64,000 bases of DNA from Emiliania huxleyi CCMP1516 (Eukaryota). The notes below the pieces were generated by a model, which saw only the letters and a list, made by a program, of their open reading frames with translations, did no database searches and was not told the DNA's origin. The stretch spans positions 5,972-69,971 of the forward strand of contig NW_005201183.1 of NCBI RefSeq assembly GCF_000372725.1, in the 5' to 3' direction. Positions 55,930 through 64,000 of this stretch are shown here, one piece after another. A program made the position numbers and the translations under genes. The stretch's first letter is position 1, and each line of letters begins with the position of its first letter.

Positions 55930-58021
55930 TCACGGCGCGGCCGCTGCCTCATTCGCCTCTCCTGCCGCCGTCTCCGTCGCCTCTCCGGACGCCTCGTCCA
56001 CGACGGCGCCGCTTCGCAGCAGGTAGAAGGCGCAAGTGCGCTCGCACAGGTCCGCCACGCGTGAGGCGGCGGAGAAGCCGTCGGGCGGCGGCGCGTCGCC
56101 GCAGCCGTCCGCCCACGAGACGGCGCACACCGCGTAGCCGGACGTGTCGACCACGTCGCGGCAAGGCGTGCCGCACACCTCCGCTGCTCGGTCCTCGAGG
56201 CCGGCCTCGACGCGCGCGAGTGCCGCCGCCTGCCGCCTCACGTCCTCCACCGCCGCGCGCACCTTCTCGCTGTTCGGCGCCATCCGCTGCGCCGACTCGA
56301 AGTCTGCGAGGGCCTCGGAGAGGCGGCCTTGCTGCGTGCGCGCGGTGGCGATGCCCTGCTTCGCCTCGTCAAAGTACTCCGAGTTTGCGAGCGCGCCCTG
56401 GTAGAAGAGGTCGATCGCCTCGGCAGGTCTCGACTGGCGAGCGCTCAGCCGGCCGAGGGAGAGGAACGGCCGCGCGTCGGTCGGTGCAGCCGCAGAGGCG
56501 CGTCGGAAGGCGAGCTCCGCCGCGGCCTCGTCGCCGGTCGAGAGGCGCGCCTCGCCCAAGTTGAGCCACGGCAGCGCCTCGGACGGCCGCAGCTCCGCCG
56601 CGTGCTCGTAGGCGTCCGCCTCCTCGCCGAACCGCTCCAGGTCAGCGAGTGCGGCGGCGAGGTTCACCCACGCGTCGAAGTCGCGCGGCACGAGGCGCAA
56701 CGCGGCCTGGTACGCCTGCACCGCCTCGGCCGTGCGGCCCTGCGGAGGGGCGGCGCCGAGCGAGAGGTGGGGAGAGGTGGGGAGAGGTGGGGAGAGGTGG
56801 GGAGAGGTGGGGAAAGGTGGGGAGATACGGGGAGATACGGGGAGATACGGGGAGATATGGGGAGATACGGGGAGATATGGACCTGCGCGCGGAGAGCGAC
56901 GCCGAGCGAGAAGTGGGCGTCCGAGTCGAGCGGCAGCAGCGCCGTCTGCGCCTTGAGCTCCTCCTCCGCCTCTGCAGGCCGGTCGAGGCGCAGCAGCGCG
57001 TCGGCGCGGTTGGCGTGGCAGAGGGAGCAGTGCGGGTTGAGGCGCAGCCCCTGCGCAAACAGCCGGTCCGCCTGCTCGAGCTCGGGGGCAGTCGGCGACG
57101 GGGCGAGCAGCAGCCGGTTGCCACGCTCGTTGAGCCGCCTCACGTGCTCGACTCTGTCTGCGAGCGCGATGAAGCCGCCGAGGACGTACCGGAGGCCGGA
57201 GGAGACAGCGTGGCCCGCATGCCGCACGGCGCCGGGCCGGAAAGTGACCATGCCCTGCTCCATCGGCAGCACCTGTTCACAGCTGGACGTGTGAAGAGAC
57301 GCTGTTCACACCTGACCATGCCCTGCCCCATCGGCAGCACCGCCCGCAGGCTCTCGAAGTACGTCCCTCCCCCCTCGAACGAGGAGGAGGGCGAGAGCGC
57401 CACCGTAAAGGCGAGTAGCGCGTCGTCGATGTGGACGTCGGTCGCGGGGTGCGACTCGTTGTACTTGAGGATGGCGACCGAGTGCGCGCGCAGCTGCGCG
57501 GTCGAAGAGACGTGCGCCGGGAAGAGCTGCGCCAGCGCCGGGTACAGCTTCGTCTCGAGCGCGCCGTTGAACCAGCTCAGCACACCCGGCATCTCCCTCA
57601 CCCAGGCCTTGCCAATGCGGTACTTGCCCGACTTTGTGCTCGGAAGGCCGCCCCCCTCCGCCTCGGCCAGCGCCACCACCTCGTCGCACTCGGCCGCCGA
57701 GAAGAGCGGCGCCTCCGTCACGTAGATGGAGTGCTCCTCCTCGCCGGCGCCCTCGACGATGTCGACCAGCGGGCCGTGGCCGAGCGGGTGGCGGCTCATC
57801 TGGGGCAGAGCCACCTCCGCCGCCGCATCGCCGCAGAAGAAGTGCCGGCACGCCTCGGCAGACTCGCGGTTGTGGTCCACCTCGTTCGCAGAGAGGGCGT
57901 CAGAGAGGGCGGCGTCGGGCGCCTCGGAGCAGCTCGCGCCGCCTGGGTCGACGCAGACGCGCTCGGCAGCCACGGCCGCGGCCAGCAGCGCGACGCCCAT
58001 GACGAGACTGGGATGGCTCAT
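55930..58021 (-). CDS. Secreted 2OG-Fe(II) oxygenase (prolyl/lysyl-hydroxylase-like) + TPR repeats + Cys-rich tail, 3 exons
   Basis: Signal peptide; HIDD...FEGGGTYF...HAG...RYVLGGF; TPRs. Introns 57273-57340 and 56740-56882. Confidence 0.85.
56762..56880. repeat. Intronic 10-bp minisatellite (GGGGAGAGGT then GGGGAGATAY)
   Basis: Directly visible. The GGGGAGATAY unit also occurs at 27104-27135 and 45527-45566. Confidence 0.9.
57273..57311 (-). mobile_element. 39-nt intron-forming core
   Basis: Sense GTGTGAACAGCGTCTCTTCACACGTCCAGCTGTGAACAG, flanked by 29-nt direct repeats 57245-57273 and 57313-57341 (one mismatch). Confidence 0.8.
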
Positions 58022-58129
58022 CACAGCAACGCGCGTTTACACTCGCGGGAGCGGTAAGCGGAGGCGTGTTCACCCGCGGCGAGGCGCAAGAGGCAATGGA
58101 AGCCGCAATGAAAAGCACGTGATTTTTCT

Positions 58130-58220
58130 TTGTGAGCCGGTATGGTGCCAGTACGCGCCAGTCCGCGCCCTTGTCGTGCCAGTGTGCTGTGAGAGAGGCT
58201 TGTATTTTAAGAATTCTTTC
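58130..58220 (+). mobile_element. Solo 3' tail of the RLE retroelement family at 30683-30785
   Basis: GTGCCAGTACGCGCCAGTC...GAGAGGCTTGTA.TTTAAGAATTCTTT is near-identical to that 3' UTR. Confidence 0.7.
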
Positions 58221-58582
58221 TCTAAATCGATATTCCAAAGTTGGATCGAAACGGAAGAGTTATGAAGTCAGTCCCGGCATCCGCGGGACGCAGCAGCCAG
58301 CAGGGTCAGCAGCAGCTCCCCACACACCCACACTCTCTCTGGTGTCTAAGAGATGCTCGCAGTCTGTGGCATTGAGCTATGCCACTTTCCCGCGCCACCG
58401 CCCACCCTTCGTTCGGCTGTGTGAGCAGCTCCCGGCGGGACCTCGAGGGACTGCACGCGCGCCCGCGCGGCGGGGCCCAGGGGCCCAGCCCACAGCCATG
58501 ATCGTTCACAAGAGAACGCACCCCAGAGTACGAGAGACCCTTCCCCATGGCTGTCCTTGCGCCAGCTGTCCTTGCGCGCGGG

Positions 58583-60577
58583 CTAGGCCGCCTCCCGCGC
58601 CCTGGCCCTCGCAGCGGCAACTGACGCGCGCCTCGCCTTGGCTGCGGCGAGCGCCGCCTCTGCCGCCGCTACTGCCGCCTCGGCCGCCTCGGCCGCCTCC
58701 TCCGCCTCTGCGGCAGCCTCCTCCTCCTCTGCGGCCGCCACGGCCGCAGCCTCCGCCTCAGCCTGCCGGCGCGCCTCCGCTGCCGCCTCCTCGCCCTCCT
58801 CCTCGCCCGCCTCCTCGCCCTCCTCCTCGCCCTCCTCCTCGGCCGCCTCCGCCGTCTCCTCGTCACCCTCCTCCTCGCCCGCCTCGCCCGCCGCCTCTCC
58901 CAGCGCCTCCGCCAATCCCGCGACCGACGTCTCCGGCGTGATGCCGAACCGGATCCTGTCCTCGTGGAGCTCCGCGAGAAGCTGGAGCAGCCCCTCCCTG
59001 TCCAACGGCGCGGGCTTGGCTGCCGCTGCCTCCGCCGGCGCCTCGGACTCCTGCGACGGCCCAGCCCCGCCGCTCCCGCCGCCCTTCTTCTTCTTCTTGC
59101 CCTTCTTGCCCTTGGCGCGCTTCTCCGCCTCGACCTCCGCCAGCAGCTCCTCGGCGTGCCGCGCCGCCTCCTTCTCCGCCGCAGCCCGCTCCGCCTCCCT
59201 CTCCGCCGCCCCAGCAGCCCACGCCGCCTCCTTCGCCGCCTTCTCGGCCGCCGCCTTGGCCGCCGCATGCTCCTCGAGGGCGCGCACGCACTCGGCGTGG
59301 CCCTTCTCCTTGGCGTACTGCAGCGCGGTCTTGCCCTTCTCAGAGCGCAGCGTCATGTCAGCGCCCGCCCGCAGCAGGCAGAGAAGGGCGGCGGGATGGC
59401 CGTTGTGAGCGGCGAGCATCAGAGCGGTGTCGCCGTTGTTGTCCTGCAAGTCGATCTGCGCGCCGTGCCGCAACGCCAGCTCGACCAGCTTCTCGCGGCC
59501 GTTCGCGGCGGCAAGGCTCAGCACGGTGCCACCGTCGCTCTTCTGCAACGAGACATCTGCACCGCGCCGCAGAAGCGCCTCGGCCAGCTCCTCGTGGCCA
59601 TGGGCCATTGCGACCATCAGCAGCGTCATGCCGCTCACACGAGAGCCGCAACCGAAGGTGTACTCGAACGTCGCGTCGACCCACCCGCCGCCGTCGAGCC
59701 ACGCCAGCACCGGCGCCTCGTCGTCTCGCACAGCCGCAAGCACGACCTCCGTTGGCACTGCCTCGCTGCCCGGCGTGGCCCCCGCGCCCTCGCCGCTCGA
59801 AGCAGAGGCCGCGGCACTGGCTCCCGCCTCCGCCTCGCCTGCGGGTGCGCCGCCTGCCCCTGCGCCGCCCGCCTCGGCCGACGGCGCCTTGCTCCGAGCT
59901 GCCGCCACCTCACCGAGATACGTCCTGACGGCCTCGCCGCACTCGGTGTGGCCCTCCTCCTTGGCAATCTGCAGCGCCGTCCTGCCCGCCGCAGTGCGCA
60001 GCGCCATGTCTGCGCCCGCGCGCAGCAGGCGGAGCACGACGGCAGGGCGGCCGAAAAAGGCGGCGCCCGTGAGCGCAGTACCGCCGAGATTGCACTGCAG
60101 GTTGATCCCTGCGCCGTGCCGCAGCAGCATCTCGGCCACGCGCTCGTGGCCTTTGGCGGCGGCGGCCATCAGCGCGGTGACGCCGTGCTTGCGGTCCTGC
60201 AGATTCATCCGTGCGCCGTGCCGCAGCAGCATCTCGACCACCTGCACGTAGCCCGAGAGGGCGGCGACCATCAGCGCCGTAATGCCCTCGCTGTTTTGCG
60301 CGTCCGCCTCCGCGCCCCGCTTCAGCAGCAGTTCGACCTTCTCTTTGTGACCGCATTCGGCGGCGATCAGCAGGAGCGTCCAGGCATGCACCCCGCCACG
60401 CACGCACGTCGCATCAACCCGCCCAGCCCCGCTGAGCCACAGCTGCACCTCGTCGACCTTGCCGTCCTGAGCCGCCCTTGCAATCCTCTTCGGCAGCGCG
60501 AGCGGCGCAGAAGTAGCCGCCGTTGAAGCGTGCCCGCGCCGGGACGCGGCCGAGCCAGCCTTCGTTCGGCCGAGCAT
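58583..60577 (-). CDS. Ankyrin-repeat protein; paralogue 2
   Basis: Intact 664-aa ORF with ANK repeats, the same linker and a similar tail to paralogue 1. Confidence 0.9.
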   Translation of the reverse strand: MLGRTKAGSAASRRGHASTAATSAPLALPKRIARAAQDGKVDEVQLWLSGAGRVDATCVRGGVHAWTLLLIAAECGHKEKVELLLKRGAEADAQNSEGITALMVAALSGYVQVVEMLLRHGARMNLQDRKHGVTALMAAAAKGHERVAEMLLRHGAGINLQCNLGGTALTGAAFFGRPAVVLRLLRAGADMALRTAAGRTALQIAKEEGHTECGEAVRTYLGEVAAARSKAPSAEAGGAGAGGAPAGEAEAGASAAASASSGEGAGATPGSEAVPTEVVLAAVRDDEAPVLAWLDGGGWVDATFEYTFGCGSRVSGMTLLMVAMAHGHEELAEALLRRGADVSLQKSDGGTVLSLAAANGREKLVELALRHGAQIDLQDNNGDTALMLAAHNGHPAALLCLLRAGADMTLRSEKGKTALQYAKEKGHAECVRALEEHAAAKAAAEKAAKEAAWAAGAAEREAERAAAEKEAARHAEELLAEVEAEKRAKGKKGKKKKKGGGSGGAGPSQESEAPAEAAAAKPAPLDREGLLQLLAELHEDRIRFGITPETSVAGLAEALGEAAGEAGEEEGDEETAEAAEEEGEEEGEEAGEEEGEEAAAEARRQAEAEAAAVAAAEEEEAAAEAEEAAEAAEAAVAAAEAALAAAKARRASVAAARARAREAA

Positions 60578-60794
60578 ATAACGGGCGGGGTTGCCTTTAA
60601 TTCGCGCAGTTTTAATTTTGATGGCGGGAGGCCTGTTTTCCTTCTTTCTTCTTTCTGGGACGACAAGGGCGCGGACTGGCGCACTCTAGCACACACATCT
60701 GTGTCTTGTTTTGCCAACATACCTACACACACATCGGAGAGAGTTACAGAGAGAGAAGAACAGCGATCGCCACCTCGCTGGCCTCTTCGCAAGG

Positions 60795-60916
60795 ACAACT
60801 TCAACCTGCTGCTCCACGAGACGTTCGGCGGCGGCTTCTCGCCCATCGCCGTTCTCAAGCTGCGCCGCCTCGCGCGCAAAGTCGCGCGCGGCAGCGTTGA
60901 CCGCACGGCCTACTCG
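60795..60916 (+). mobile_element. Internal fragment of the 41.7-42.6-kb RLE retroelement
   Basis: NFNLLLHETFGGGFSPIAVLKLRRLARKVARGSVDRTAYS is nearly identical to 41779-41900. Confidence 0.75.
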
Positions 60917-61266
60917 GAGCTGCGGCGAGCTGCGGCGAGCAAAGGGCGACAGGCAAATGAAGGTCGGTTCGGTCTCTTTGACGGTAGGGTCTTCGAACAC
61001 GATGGCAGTCTCCCGGCCCTCCACCCAGCTCCCCACACACTCTCTGGTGTCTGAGAGATGCTCACCCTGTGGCATTGGCTATGCCACTTTCCCGCGCCAC
61101 CGCCCACCCTTCGTACACGGCTGTGTGGGCAGCTCCCCGGCGGGACCTCGAAGGACTGCACGCGCGCCCGCGCGGCGCGGGGCCCAGCCCACAGCCACGA
61201 TCGTTCACAAGAGAACGCACCCCAGAGTACGAGAGACCCACTGCGCCAGCTGTCCTTGCGCGCGGG

Positions 61267-63373
61267 CTAGGCCGCCTCCCGCGCCCTGGCCCTCGCAGCG
61301 GCAACTGACGCGCGCCTCGCCTTGGCTGCGGCGAGCGCCGCCTCTGCCGCCGCCGCCGCCGCTGCCGCCTCTGCCGCCGCCGCCTCTGCCGCCGCTACTG
61401 CCGCCTCGGCCGCCTATGCCGCCTCCTCCTCCGCCTCAGCCTGCCGGCGCGCCTCCGCTGCCGCCTCCGCTGCCGCCTCCTCGCCCTCCTCCTCACCCTC
61501 CTCCTCGCCCTCCTCCTCCTCGGCCGCCTCCTCGGCCGCCTCCGCCGTCTCCTCCTCGCCCTCCTCCTGGCTCGCCTCGCCCGCCGCCTCGGTCTCTCCC
61601 AGCGCCTCCGCCAACCCCTCGACCGACGTCTCCGGCGTGATGCCGAACCGGATCCTGTCCTCGTGGAGCTCCGCGAGAAGCCGGAGCAGCCCCTCCCTGT
61701 CCAACGGCGCGGGCTTGGCTGCCGCTGCCTCTGCCGGCGCCTCTGACTCCTGCGACGGCCTAGCCCCGCCGCTCCCGCCGCCCTTCTTCTTCTTCTTGCC
61801 CTTCTTGCCCTTGGCGCGCTTCTCCGCTTCGACCTCCGCCAGCAGCTCCTTGGCATGCCGCGCCGCCTCCTTCTCCGCCGCCGCCCACGCCGCCGCCCTC
61901 TCCGCCGCCCCCGCAGCCCACGCCGCCTCCTTCGCCGCCTTCTCGGCCGCCGCCTTGGCCGCCGCATGCTCCTCGAGGGCGCGCACGCACTCGGCGTGGC
62001 CCTTCTCCTTGGCCCACCGCAGCGCGGTTGTACCCTTCTCAGAGCGCAGCGTCATGTCTGCGCCCGCCCGCAGCAGGCGGAGCACCACGGCGGGATGGCC
62101 GTTGGCAGCGGCGAACATCAGCGCGGTGCCGCCCTCGATGTTCTGCAGGTTGATCGCCGCACCGCCGGATCAGAGTGTCGACAATCCGCTCGTAGCCATA
62201 TTGGGCGGCCTCCGTCAGCGCAGTGTTGCCACTTTCGTTTCCCTGATCGACCTCCGCGCCGTGCCGCAATGCCAGCTCGACCAGCTTCTCGTAGCCGTTC
62301 ACAGCGGCGAGACCCAGCGCATAGCTGCGGCCGGCGCTGGTCAGCAATGAGACATCCGCGCCGCGCCGCAGAAGCGCCTCGGCCAGCCCTGCGTGGCCAT
62401 CGACCATTGCGAGCATCAGCAGCGTCATGCCGCTCGCACGAGAGCCGTCAACAAAGGTGCACTCGAACGTCGCGTCCACCCGCCCGCCGCCGTCGAGCCA
62501 CGCCAGCACCGCCGCCTCTTCGCCTCGCTCAGCCGCGTCCACGACCTCCTTTGGCACTGCCTCGCTGCCCGGCTCGGCCTTTGCGCCCTCGCCGCCCGAA
62601 GCAGAGGCCGCGGCACTGGCGCCCGCCGCCGCCTCGCGTGTGGGTGCGCCGCCCGCCCCTGCGCCACCCGCCTCGGCCGATGGCGCCTTGCTGCGCGCCG
62701 CCGCCACCTCGCCGAGATACGTCCTGAAAGCCTCGACGCACTCGGCGTGGCCCTTCTCCTTGGCAATCTGCAGCGCTGTCTCACCGTCCATGTCGCGCAG
62801 CTTCATGTCTGCGCCCGCCCGCAGCAAGCGGAGCACCATGGCGGGATGGCCGTAGAGGGCGGCCAGCATCAGCGCGGTGCCGCCGTTGTTGGCCTGCATG
62901 TTGATCTCTGCGCCGTGCCGCAGCAGCATCTCGGCCACCTGCTCGTGGCCGTTGGCGGCGGCCATCATCAGCGCGGTGATGCCTGCGCTGTCCTGCAGGT
63001 GGATCCCTGCGCCGTGCCGCAGCAGCATCTCGGCCACCTGCTCGTGCCCGTGGGCGGCGGCGGCCATCAGCGCCGTATCGCCTTCGCTGTCTCGCGCGTC
63101 CGCCTCCGCGCCGCGCTTCAGCAGTAGTTCGATAATCTCTCTGTGACCGTGTTCGGCGGCGATTAGCAGGAGCGTACAGCCACTCACACCGCGATGCACG
63201 CACGTCGCGTCAGCCCGCCCAGCCCCGCTGAGCCACAGCTGCACCTCGTCGACCTTGCCCTTCTCCGCCGCCGCCTCGATCCTTTTCGGCAGCGTGAGCG
63301 CCGCAGCAGTAGCCGCCGTTGAAGCGTGCCCGCGCCGGGACGCGGCCGAGCCAGCCTTCGTCGGGCCGGGCAT
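61267..63373 (-). pseudogene. Ankyrin-repeat paralogue 3, disrupted
   Basis: 2-nt deletion near 62165 (ATCCGG[CA]CGGTGCG relative to paralogue 1) and an in-frame TAG at 61414-61416. The 3' flank duplicates that of paralogue 2. Confidence 0.75.
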
Positions 63374-64000
63374 ACAGAGGGGCGGGGTGTGCAGGGCGCA
63401 CTTCTGTCCTCCCGCGCTGGCTTCGAAAAAGGGCACTTTTTCGGTGCTGGTAGCCCCCCCAAAACAGGCGCGCGCAGCGCGCCCAGGGGCGCCGCAGGCG
63501 CCCCAAGCGGCGCGGAGCGCCGCCGCAGGCGGCGGACAGCAGGTGCGCGAAATTAAACGCCATTTTTGGTTCCGCGGTTTTGCCACTAACATTGAAATCC
63601 GGTACAAAACGACTTAGCCGAAACAGCTGACAGACAGACAGAGAGCACACACGTTCGAGACGGGGGTGCGCCGACCGCCGTCGCGGACCCAGTAGAGCTA
63701 GATGGTCCCACATGATGCGCCCTTAGCCTCTGAGCTCGTCCTAGACATTTTAGGGAAGCGTGGGCAGACCAGAACGCGGCCACGGCGACGCTCCGAGGCT
63801 GTCAGCAGCGCTGGCGGCGATCGTGGCGACGGCGCCTCGCCGCTGCAGCGGCACAGAATCGAGGAAGTGGCGTTGGTGGCAGCATCAATGAGATATGAAG
63901 GCGGCCGTAATGCTGGTGGCGCCTTCGAGGGCGGCGGAGAGGGCGGTAGCAGCGACGGCGGTCGAGTCATGTGGCAGGGGTGCGAAGTGCAGCAGGGAGG

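Noticed and set aside
1..64000. Hundreds of overlapping Arg/Pro/Ala-rich ORFs in the six-frame track
   Set aside because: They are shadow frames of GC-rich genes and repeats, where stop codons are rare, and have no domain motifs.
1..64000. tRNA or rRNA genes
   Set aside because: None recognised by eye. The only tRNA-related signal is the PBS at 23385.

Overview
Eukaryotic, very GC-rich genomic DNA. The GC-AG introns, 10-11-bp intronic minisatellites, TTAGGG repeats and gene families point to a haptophyte such as Emiliania/Gephyrocapsa huxleyi (inference). About 20 protein genes or gene remnants are supported: a SAP-domain protein, a kinesin with IQ motifs, an F-box protein, a DEAD-box helicase, three ankyrin paralogues (one a pseudogene), a GT90 glycosyltransferase, a HET-like/LRR protein, a Der1-like protein, an F-box-RCC1 protein, katanin p80, an FAD oxidase, a methyltransferase-GT15 fusion, a G-protein gamma subunit and a 2OG-oxygenase-TPR protein. 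The window also holds many small mobile elements and a 265-N gap. The strongest unexplained signal is an apparent intron-generating system. In about a dozen introns, the intron's 5' end is a 7-29-nt copy of the start of the downstream exon, and this copy supplies the GC/GT donor. The rest of the intron is filler that supplies the AG. In four unrelated genes the filler is the same 39-nt hairpin core (GTGTGAACAGCGTCTCTTCACAC...CTGTGAACAG; one copy degenerate), always in sense orientation. Other fillers are minisatellites, an AT-rich palindrome and a ~49-unit telomeric array. Also notable are a complete 876-bp miniature LTR element with non-canonical CG...CG termini and a head-to-tail stack of RLE-retrotransposon 3' tails. 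All gene models were spliced by eye and need RNA-seq confirmation.
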